A program made the translations under genes and the position numbers. Source: Bacteroidota bacterium (GTDB lineage Bacteria; Bacteroidota; Ignavibacteria; UBA10030; UBA6906). From it: 64,000 nucleotides of DNA. Within the stretch, counting starts at the first letter, position 1; every line of letters begins with the position of its first letter. Under the pieces are notes generated by a model. It searched no databases. It was not told where the DNA came from and saw only the letters and a program-made list of their open reading frames with translations. The DNA is taken from positions 15,727-79,726 of the forward strand of contig JAGDMK010000001.1 in NCBI GenBank assembly GCA_017860635.1, read 5' to 3'. Shown piece after piece: positions 1 through 8,512 of this stretch.

Positions 1-1
1 G

Positions 2-1825
2 ACATGGCTTTGTGACACCTTGCACGCTGCTCCATCGAGTCACAATAATATGAGCATCTATGCATCTGACGCCAACAGAGCATGGGTCTTATTGTTCAAC
101 AAGGTCGCCCAGTCGGGGGGCGGTCTCTTTGCCACAACCGACGGCGGCGTAACATGGAAAGAGGACCCGACGGTATTCAAACTTGCAGGCGGCTCTCCTG
201 GCATAATCTATTTCTTTGATGTTGCGAATGGTGTGTGCATTGGCGACCCTCCCGCTGATGGGTTCTATGAAATCTATACCACCTCGGACAGTGGTAGAAG
301 CTGGTCGCGCGTTCCGCGGGAGAATATTCCCGCTCCATTCCCTGGCGAAATGACCATAAGCCATGAGTTCACTGCCGCTGGTAGCTCGCTTTGGTTCCCA
401 CTCTACCATGGGAATGGGAGAATCTTCAGAACAACCGACAAGGGTCTGACATGGTCGGTTCTTGTGTATCCAAATATGCAGTATGGTCCGTACCCGACGA
501 TAGAATTTCAGGATGAAAAGGTCGGACTCGGCAGTGGCGATTGGGGAGAAGTGGAGAAGACAACCGACGGGGGTGTCACGTGGACGACGATCCCCACATC
601 GATGAGACTCGCATTTCAAGACCTCGATTATGTCCCGCACACACCGGGAATGTACGTCGCAAGTGCAGCGTGGTGCGACAGCTCTCTATTGCAGAAATAC
701 CACTATGGTACCGTATACACCCTGGACGCTGGGGCCCACTGGACTATTGCCACTGCATCGACAGCGGCGACCCCTCCAGCCACCTTTAGCCTTCCAATCA
801 TGAGTTTCGCCACTCCAACGTCAGGTTGGCAAGGCGATAATTCCCAGAATATCTACAAATGGACAGTGCCACCAGGAAGGACCGTGGGAGTATACCCTGA
901 CTCATTAATCTTCTCGATGATTACAGCAGGGCGAAGAAGTGATACGCTCTCCGTGGATTTCGTGAACCATGGACGTGACGCAGTGACGGTGTCGAGCATT
1001 ACCCTGTCGGGGACAGAATTTGCTGTGATTAGGCCGCCGACACTGCCGACCACTGTTTCCTCGCTTGGTTCAGTGAGAGTCGAAGTCTGTTTTACCCCAC
1101 TCACAAAAGGCACCCACCATGATTCCCTCGTCTTTGTGAGCAATGCCGCCAATGTCCCGCGAGCAAGCGTACTGTTGGGGGTTTATGCCACACCGTACCT
1201 GATTCTCGCACCGACGGCTATTGACTTCGGGCAAAAAGACGTCAACATGGCATCTCTCGACACTGCGCTCATCGTGACCAACCTCGGCGGAGCGGATGAT
1301 TCTATCTCAATAAGTGTGGATGCTGTTAACATCGTGCCAGATACGGCCATCTCTGTCTCACCCATGGGATTCATCCTTCCTGCCGGCGGTTCGCAGGCTT
1401 GCACCGTGCACGTCAGGCCCCGGCTGTTGGCAAGTGGTTCGTATTACTATGCTTTCGTCCAGATGAACTCACAACTCTCGGTCGTCACGCCGCAGCTGGA
1501 GGGGAGCATCTCGTTCAACCTCATCGGCACACTTGGGGTACGCGAAGCGGAAGGGCTCCCAACGCAATTCGCATTGCGGCAGAACTACCCCAACCCGTTC
1601 AATCCGAGCACGACCATCAAGTACGAGTTGCCCAGATCATCGGAAGTCAGATTGAGCGTGTACGATATGCTCGGGCGCGAGGTGGCGATTCTCGTGAATG
1701 AAAGAATGAACGCGGGAGTTCACGAAGTGAAGTTTGACGGTTCTGGTCTTGCGAGTGGTGTGTATCTATACCGAATGTGGGCGGGAGAGTTCGTGGCGAC
1801 GAAGCGCCTCCTCTTGTTGAAGTAA
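2..1825 (+). CDS. Secreted BNR/YCF48-type beta-propeller + Ig-like domains + T9SS C-terminal sorting domain (5' end outside window)
   Basis: Frame open from base 2; repeated (S/T)xDxGxTW motifs; C-terminal QNYPNPFNPSTTIKYELP...KRLLLLK. Confidence 0.85.
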   Translation, partial: TWLCDTLHAAPSSHNNMSIYASDANRAWVLLFNKVAQSGGGLFATTDGGVTWKEDPTVFKLAGGSPGIIYFFDVANGVCIGDPPADGFYEIYTTSDSGRSWSRVPRENIPAPFPGEMTISHEFTAAGSSLWFPLYHGNGRIFRTTDKGLTWSVLVYPNMQYGPYPTIEFQDEKVGLGSGDWGEVEKTTDGGVTWTTIPTSMRLAFQDLDYVPHTPGMYVASAAWCDSSLLQKYHYGTVYTLDAGAHWTIATASTAATPPATFSLPIMSFATPTSGWQGDNSQNIYKWTVPPGRTVGVYPDSLIFSMITAGRRSDTLSVDFVNHGRDAVTVSSITLSGTEFAVIRPPTLPTTVSSLGSVRVEVCFTPLTKGTHHDSLVFVSNAANVPRASVLLGVYATPYLILAPTAIDFGQKDVNMASLDTALIVTNLGGADDSISISVDAVNIVPDTAISVSPMGFILPAGGSQACTVHVRPRLLASGSYYYAFVQMNSQLSVVTPQLEGSISFNLIGTLGVREAEGLPTQFALRQNYPNPFNPSTTIKYELPRSSEVRLSVYDMLGREVAILVNERMNAGVHEVKFDGSGLASGVYLYRMWAGEFVATKRLLLLK

Positions 1826-1874
1826 ACATGGCCGCGGACATACAAGGCCAGCGATTGTATCCAAGGTTGTCAGC

Positions 1875-1898
1875 GAAGCCGGAAGAGATTCCGGCTTT
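1875..1898 (+). terminator. Probable intrinsic terminator hairpin; related copies at 8015-8038, 15616-15639, 22803-22828, 32778-32801
   Basis: AAGCCGGAA-gaga-TTCCGGCTT inverted repeat followed by T-rich sequence, recurring just after T9SS cargo genes. Confidence 0.6.
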
Positions 1899-2229
1899 GT
1901 CATTTTCTCAGCCGATAGTGTTCCGGCGAATCGAAGGCCGATGGTCGACAAATTGTAGACCGGAAGTTGAGTTGGTCTACAAAAAGCGTTGTGCACAAAC
2001 ATTCGAAATCGAGAATCGCGTAGTATTCACAAGGCCTTCTGGGTAGTCAAATCTTGACGCTGAATCGCCAGTACCATTCGAATCGGTCTCAGTCCTTGAC
2101 TTCCCATCCTCAGGAGATCCTGGCTGCATGATAGGATTTTCCTGGCTCCATAGATTCTGCTCCTCGCACCTGGGACCGTGTCTTAAACTTGCCCCTCCTG
2201 TTGTGCCTCCTGTTGTGCCCATCCTGTTG

Positions 2230-2258
2230 TTGACATTGCCTGAAAGCCGGAGTATATT
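2230..2258 (+). promoter_or_regulatory. Sigma70-type promoter
   Basis: TTGACA-17 nt-TATATT; same architecture at three other sites. Confidence 0.75.
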
Positions 2259-2274
2259 TGCTTACTTTTGGCAT

Positions 2275-2368
2275 GATGGCTTCCCCAGCCATCGAGCCGC
2301 CGCTCTGGACCCTGTAACGGTTCCTCCGTAGTAGAGCCTTCCCCGACGACCCCCTGGCTGTAAGCCTC
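2275..2368 (+). repeat. Conserved structured leader element, copy 1
   Basis: GATGGCT-N5-AGCCATC hairpin, GAGCCGCCG, GACCCTG, GGTTC..GAGCC, CCCCGACGACCCC, GGCT..AGCC; recurs at 16014, 23170, 25824. Confidence 0.7.
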
Positions 2369-2369
2369 G

Positions 2370-3962
2370 ATGCATCTGTTCGTCCATTCCGCCATTGGCC
2401 GAGATGGAATCCCGTCACGAAGGCAATCGGCAAATTATGCAGTGATCCGCCACGGTAACAAGAATACGTCAATAGTCGTCTTTCTCCTCCTGCTCGTTTC
2501 GGGAGTATTGACGGGTGTGTCATACCTCTCCATGCAATCCTCTCTTGCCTGGTTCTGTCTCATACCCTTGTTCTATGTCCTTCAGAAACAAGACGCCAGA
2601 GGATCATGTCTTTGTTGTACGGCATACGGAATTGTCACATCTGCCGTTCTCTGCTACTGGGTCATTCCTGTCGCGACAAGATACTCGGGTGTCTTGACAT
2701 TCTACTCGATGCTCCTGTACGGTGGTGTTGTCCTGTACTTCTCGCTGTATTCCGCTCTCTTCGGAGTGGGATACTATGTCCTGCGCACTCGCTCGGCGAA
2801 CACGATCCTCTGTGGTACCTCTGTTGCAGCTTTCTATGTGCTCCTTGAAGTGTTTCGGATGAAACTCCTCCCTGGTTCACCATGGTGTCATTATCCTCTT
2901 GCATGCTCCCAGGCCCGAAACTCGATCATCATTCAATGGGCCGCCATTGGCGGACCTTCTCTCATTACGTTTGGCATAGTGTTCGCAAACTACGCCGCGT
3001 CGCAATTCCTGCTGAAAAGAGAAGTGAAGTCACTCACGATGGCTGCGGTCTGTGTTCTCGTATTTGCCGGGGGAGGTGTCGTTTTGAAAAGTGCTGGCCA
3101 TGAGATCATCGATGACAGGTTGGAGGCGGTTCTCCTCAACGACAACATTGCCGCCGAAGCACGGTGGAATGATCAAACCGGTGACTCCCTGGCTGCTTTG
3201 TTGTTCAGATTGAACGAAGAGGCAGCACGCTACGATCCGGATCTTTTTGTGTGGTCGGAGACAGCTATTCCCTGGAAATTCGAGCCGGACGATGAATTCG
3301 TTCCCAAGGCATTGAGCATTACGCGTCGCTCAAAGGCGAATCACCTGATGGGTATGTGGTCACCCTCAGTCCGGAACAGTCAACTCGTATACAACTCGGC
3401 ATACCTCATCAGGAGTGACGGGAGAATTGCGGACAGATATGACAAGACAATCCTCCTCGATTTCCTTGAGAGGCCATTCAAGGGGGGCGCACTATCGGTT
3501 CTCCCTTTCTTCAACACGAGCAGATACAACAACGTGATTCCCGGCAGATCGCAAAACCTGATCATTTCCGGGAAGGCACGTATTGGTATGCTGATATGCA
3601 ATGAAAGCCTGTCCGAGGAGATGTATGTGCACTACGACAAAGCGAATGCGAATCTCCTCGTCGTGATGAGCAATGATGCCTGGTTTGAGGATACTCCCCT
3701 GCAGATGCATCATTTCTACTTTACGCGGATTGGGGCTGTGATGATCGGAAAGGATGTCATCGTCAACAGCAACAGGGGAATCGTAGGCGTGATTCGAGGC
3801 AATGGTGACATGGAATCCGTTCCGCAATCCGATACGCCGAGAGTAGTGCATTGCGTGGCCCGCCTATCCTCGAAGACGACGCTCTACTCCACGGTCAGTG
3901 GTTTCACTATCCCCCTCTATGCATTGCTGGCAGGTCTGTCAATCGTCATAAGGAGGAAATGA
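2370..3962 (+). CDS. lnt: Apolipoprotein N-acyltransferase-like protein (membrane domain + CN-hydrolase domain); start codon uncertain
   Basis: Several hydrophobic helices, then WSETAIP, YNSA, YDK, LICNES, SNDAWF matching the Lnt/nitrilase E-K-C triad. Confidence 0.75.
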   Translation: MHLFVHSAIGRDGIPSRRQSANYAVIRHGNKNTSIVVFLLLLVSGVLTGVSYLSMQSSLAWFCLIPLFYVLQKQDARGSCLCCTAYGIVTSAVLCYWVIPVATRYSGVLTFYSMLLYGGVVLYFSLYSALFGVGYYVLRTRSANTILCGTSVAAFYVLLEVFRMKLLPGSPWCHYPLACSQARNSIIIQWAAIGGPSLITFGIVFANYAASQFLLKREVKSLTMAAVCVLVFAGGGVVLKSAGHEIIDDRLEAVLLNDNIAAEARWNDQTGDSLAALLFRLNEEAARYDPDLFVWSETAIPWKFEPDDEFVPKALSITRRSKANHLMGMWSPSVRNSQLVYNSAYLIRSDGRIADRYDKTILLDFLERPFKGGALSVLPFFNTSRYNNVIPGRSQNLIISGKARIGMLICNESLSEEMYVHYDKANANLLVVMSNDAWFEDTPLQMHHFYFTRIGAVMIGKDVIVNSNRGIVGVIRGNGDMESVPQSDTPRVVHCVARLSSKTTLYSTVSGFTIPLYALLAGLSIVIRRK

Positions 3963-3963
3963 G

Positions 3964-5745
3964 ATGAAGCCCACATCGTATGCCATCCTGTCCCTTGTGG
4001 TCGTTCTCTGGCATGATGTTGCTTCCGCCAATGGAGGTCAGGTCGCGTGGAGATGGAGAAACGATGACGGCGATGTCTATAGCGCCACGTGGAAAGACTC
4101 TGCAAACACTCCGGTCGTCCTGACGCAGTATGAGAATATCCGACTCAGGATAGAATACCTGGTCGGCGAGGTGAATGTCTGGAGTGTTTCGCTTCGCTAT
4201 ACGGAGTATCCAGATATCAATAGTTCCTGGATTCCGATAACCAGTGTCGATACCGGGAGGTTCTTCATCTCACCATCTCCACATCTCATTGATGCGATGT
4301 CATATTTCGACAACCAACTTCTCCCCCCATACAATCCCGACAATGTGTATCGCAGGACCCTTGCATTCGATTCATCATGCGCCTACCGGATGGTTGATGA
4401 GGAATCCTCTGTTTACGAGCTGGAGTATTCACTGAAGCCGACAATGAACATCCAACCGGGCTCGGCGTATTTCTTCTCTTGTTTCCTGGACGACTCGCCG
4501 ATGAACTCCGGGGCAGATTGGGAGCGTGCTGTTCTTCTGACACCTCCCGTCAGCTGGAGATCACAATCAATAGGCAGACGGTATACGCTCAATGATATCT
4601 TTTTCGTTGATGGGAGTACCGCAACTGCCGTCGGCAGCGGTGGCTCGGGGGGAAGAATATTCAAGACAGTAGACGCTGGAAAGACGTGGATCGATCTGCC
4701 ACTTCCGGCGTGTAAGGGCCTGAGCGCAGTTCAATTCGTGAACGCTGAAGTGGGAGTCGCTGTTGGCTCGGACGGGACAATTCTCAGAACCACGGATGGC
4801 GGGCAGAACTGGTTGTTCGTGGCAAGCACGGACGGCTTCAGATACTTGTCGGGTGTTGCCTTTTCTGATGAACAGAATGGGACAATCGTTGGTGGCTATT
4901 CCGGAGGAGGAGGAGGAATAATGCTTCGTACGACCGACGGTGGTGAGAGCTGGTTTCAACAGCAATGCCCGACCAGCAACTCTCTCCTCTCAGTGTGTTT
5001 CTCAGGCGCAGATCAGGGGATTGCTGTTGGTGCCGCGGGAACTATCGTGAGAACGACAAACGGCGGCGAACACTGGTTCGTGCAATCGAGCGGGACTACA
5101 CGCCGTCTTCGTGATATTTGCTTTTCGGATGCGAACCATGGAACGATTGTTGGTGAAGATAGCGGCAGAGGAGTAGCACTCCGGACATCAGATGGGGGAA
5201 TCACGTGGACATCAGTGCATATCGAAGGGCCTGTACTGAATGCGGTGTGTTTCGCGGACAACAGTACGGGCTGGACGGTCGGAGTCGGTGGCTGGATGTG
5301 CAAGACAACGGACGGGGGACTGAGTTGGAAGAGACTGACGAGCGGTACTTGCCGGTCGTTGTGCTCCGTTCATTTTGTCAACAGCGAAATCGGCTGGGTT
5401 GTGGGCGAGGGCGGGACAATCCTCAGAACCACAAACGGCGGAACAACTTCTGTCGATAATGACAAGCTTCTCACAGTGCCAACAGAGACCGTGCTGCTGC
5501 AGAATTACCCCAATCCCTTCAATCCGAGCACGACCATTACGTACCATCTGCCGAAATCGTCGCACGTGAGGTTGAGCGTGTACGACATGCTCGGTCGTGA
5601 GGTATCAGTGCTGGTGAACGAGAGGCGGGACGCCGGGGCGCACCAAACACGCTTCCAGGCATCGGAGCTGTCAAGCGGTGTCTACTTGTACCGGCTGATG
5701 GCTGGAGAATGCATCCGTACAAAGAAGATGATGGTTCTGCGGTGA
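3964..5745 (+). CDS. Secreted YCF48/BNR-repeat beta-propeller with T9SS sorting domain
   Basis: Signal peptide; repeated VGxxGTIxRTTDGGxxW; QNYPNPFNPSTTI C-terminus. Confidence 0.9.
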   Translation: MKPTSYAILSLVVVLWHDVASANGGQVAWRWRNDDGDVYSATWKDSANTPVVLTQYENIRLRIEYLVGEVNVWSVSLRYTEYPDINSSWIPITSVDTGRFFISPSPHLIDAMSYFDNQLLPPYNPDNVYRRTLAFDSSCAYRMVDEESSVYELEYSLKPTMNIQPGSAYFFSCFLDDSPMNSGADWERAVLLTPPVSWRSQSIGRRYTLNDIFFVDGSTATAVGSGGSGGRIFKTVDAGKTWIDLPLPACKGLSAVQFVNAEVGVAVGSDGTILRTTDGGQNWLFVASTDGFRYLSGVAFSDEQNGTIVGGYSGGGGGIMLRTTDGGESWFQQQCPTSNSLLSVCFSGADQGIAVGAAGTIVRTTNGGEHWFVQSSGTTRRLRDICFSDANHGTIVGEDSGRGVALRTSDGGITWTSVHIEGPVLNAVCFADNSTGWTVGVGGWMCKTTDGGLSWKRLTSGTCRSLCSVHFVNSEIGWVVGEGGTILRTTNGGTTSVDNDKLLTVPTETVLLQNYPNPFNPSTTITYHLPKSSHVRLSVYDMLGREVSVLVNERRDAGAHQTRFQASELSSGVYLYRLMAGECIRTKKMMVLR

Positions 5746-5794
5746 GCTGGCAGTCACCCTGGATTGTCAATATCTCTGTTGAAAGGAGGATGAG

Positions 5795-7939
5795 ATGAAA
5801 ACGCGTTTCCGCTGCCTCGCAATCGTCCCTGTTCTGCTGTGTCCCTCTGCTTCTGCCCAATGGATACAGACGAACGGACCCTACGGCGGAGATGTGCTGT
5901 GCTTTGCCGCAAGCGGCCCATATGTCTTTGCCGGCACTTCGCGGGGTGGTGTCTTCCTCTCCAGCAATGGCGGCACAAGCTGGACATCGGCGGGTGCAGG
6001 GTTGACGCACTACTCTGTCAATGCGCTTGCTGCGAGCGGTGAATATCTTTTTGCCGGGACCGGTGGTGGTGGCGTGTTTCGTTCGACCAATGGAGGCACA
6101 AGTTGGACTGCCGTGAGTTCCGGCTTGACGTGCCGTGATGTCCGATATCTTGCCGTCAGCGGCACCAATCTCTTTGCCGGGACATGGGGCGACGGTATCT
6201 TACGTTCAACTGACAACGGCACAAGCTGGACCGTCGCAGATTCGGCAGGGGAATGCATATCATCTTTGGCAATCAGCGGCACGAACATCTTTGCGGGTGA
6301 ACCCGGCGTCGGGGGTGGGTGAGGAAATGCCTGGACCCTGGGTGGGGTCCGCCTCTCTACTGATAACGGCACAACCTGGGTCAAAGTCGACAACACGCTG
6401 GGCTGCCGGGATGTGCGTGTTCTGGCTTTGAGTCCTCCTTCCGGCGGAGAGAATGTCCCGAACCTCTTTGCCGGGACTTCCAACGGCGTGTTTCGCTCGA
6501 CCGACTGCGGTGCATGGTGGTCGGGCTCGAGTGTTGGCTTGAGTAGCACTGACATCAGGTCTCTTGCCGTCAGCGGCACAAATCTCTTTGCCGGGACGTG
6601 GGGTGGCGGTGTCTATGTATCGTCCAACAGTGGCGCAAACTGGACACGCATCGATTCTGGCTTGACAAACCGTCGAGTCAGATCGGTTGCCGTCTTCGGC
6701 ACCACTCTCTTTGCGGGAACTGATAGCGGCATCTTCCTCTCTGTGAACAGCGGTACAAGTTGGACTGCCGCCAATTCCGGCTTGACGAGCACGTATGTGC
6801 GATCTCTGGTCGTCAATGGCACAAGTCTCTTTGCCGGGACCGAAGGTGAGGGTGTTTTTCGTTCGACCGACAGTGGCACAAACTGGATCACCGCGAGTTC
6901 CGGTCTGACAAACCCTGATGTCAGATCTCTTGCCTTCGACGACACAATCCTCTTCGCCGGGACTGGCGGCGCCGGCGTCTTTCTCTTGAGAGATGGCGGT
7001 ACAAGCTGGAAGGCGGCGAATGCCGACATGAAAGGCGCTAACGTCTATTCGCTTGCCGTCGGCGGCACAAGTCTCTTTGCGGGGACCGAAGGGGCCTTTT
7101 TCCGTTCCACCGACAATGGCACGACCTGGACCAGGGTAGACTTGCCGAGTGATTGTGTCTGTGCTCTCGCCGTCATCCCCTCCGGCAGCGGGACAGGCGT
7201 TACAGAGGTCTATGCCGGAACCTGGGGGGACGGCGTATTTCGTTCGACCGACAGTGGCAGGAGCTGGACGTCGGCGAGTACCGGTCTGACGAGCACCACT
7301 ATCTTGTCTCTTGCCGTCAATCCCGCCGGTGACGGGACTGGCGCCACAGACCTCTATGCTGGAACCTGGGGGGGCGGCGTATTTCGCTCGCCCCAGAGCG
7401 GCACAAACTGGATGGCAGCAAGTACCGGCCTGACGTGCCCCTCGGTCCACGCGTTTACCGCCTCCGGAAAGAATCTCTTTGCGGGAACGACCAACGGGGT
7501 TTTTCTCTCGACAGATCGCGGCACGTCCTGGACGAATACCAGCTTAACAGACGTATCTGTCCATGGTCTGGCGTGTTCCGGTACGAATCTTTTTGCTGGA
7601 ACTCTTGGGTCCGGTGTGTGGCGGCGTCCGCTCTCGGAGTTGGTTACCCACGTTGAGATGCCACCACTCCGCCCGACTTCATTTGCACTACACCAGAACT
7701 ACCCGAACCCGCTCAACCCGAGCACGACCATCAAGTATGAGTTACCCAAATCATCGGAGGTCAGATTGAGCGTGTTCGATATGCTCGGACAGGAGGTATC
7801 TGTCTTGGTGAATGAGAGGAGGGAGGCAGGAGTTCACGAGGTCAAGTTTGACGGTTCAAATCTTGCGAGCGGAGTGTATTTCTACCGACTACAGGCAGGT
7901 GATTTCGTTGAATCGAAGAAACTCGTGCTTTTGAAATAG
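5795..7939 (+). CDS. Secreted BNR-type beta-propeller with T9SS sorting domain; in-frame TGA at 6320-6322, predicted selenocysteine (U176; 714 aa on read-through)
   Basis: ORFs 5795..6322 and 6413..7939 share a frame; sequence after TGA reads GNAWTLGGVRLSTDNGTTW, an intact repeat; SECIS-like hairpin follows. Confidence 0.8.
6320..6357 (+). promoter_or_regulatory. Putative bacterial SECIS element 1
   Basis: TGA + 10 nt + GGACCCT-GGGT-GGGGTCC hairpin; loop at +18..+21. Confidence 0.72.
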
Positions 7940-8279
7940 TATCAGGTGATACTAACTAAAAATAGACGTGGCCACAGACATACAAGGCCAGCGATTGTAT
8001 CCAAGGTTGTCAGCGAAGCCGCAAGAGATTCCGGCTTTGTCATTTTCTCAACCGATAGTGTTCCGGCGAATTGAAAGCCGATGGTCGCCAAATTGTAGAC
8101 CGGAAGTTGAGTTGGTCTACAAAAAGCGTCGTGCAGAAACATTAGAATTTGGGAAGCCTGGTTCAGCGGGATGGATCGACTCAATGGGTCAGGACTTGGG
8201 TCAGTTCCGACGCTCCTTGTCCTGGGACTACGATGTGAAGCGCAACACCCAGCCACTTAGACAGTCGGAGAGCCATTCA

Positions 8280-8512
8280 CTGCTGTGAAAAAGGCACAAT
8301 TGATAGTTTCTTCCGCATAATTGGTGGCAAAACCGCCTCCGGAGGCATTATCTTTCCGGCATCGACTAATTGATGACCCACACACGCTCCGGACTCGATG
8401 AGGGAGTCGGTGCGCCGCCGAGTGTTTCTGCTTTATCGTCGTACCGACGACCCACCGACTACCATCTCAAATAAGTAATCTCCGACAGCGTTTGCGTTGA
8501 AAGGAGGCCAAG
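8280..8512 (+). repeat. Recurring upstream intergenic module (C+B); related copies at ~10763-10995 and ~16255-16481; B part alone at ~13310, ~17761, ~20090, ~25187
   Basis: Shared GGCACAATTGATAGTTT...GGTGG block, GACTC..GAGTC hairpin + GCCGCCG, and GCGTTxAAAGGAGG before the ATG. Confidence 0.75.

Noticed and set aside
1777..2046. Small ORFs in the repeated intergenic block (1777-2046, 7968-8288, 15658-15972, 32818-33009)
   Set aside because: Starts, stops and lengths are not conserved among copies; the similarity reflects the DNA repeat
2052..2085. tRNA gene or tRNA-derived att site suggested by GCTGAATC...TTCGAATC in the repeated block
   Set aside because: Spacing is too short for anticodon arm to T-arm, and no T-stem, acceptor stem or CCA can be built
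6260..7450. Long antisense or alternative-frame ORFs (e.g. 6260-7450, 44715-45974, 47178-48419, 57599-58807, 62132-63235)
   Set aside because: They overlap well-supported genes on the opposite strand and show no recognisable motifs
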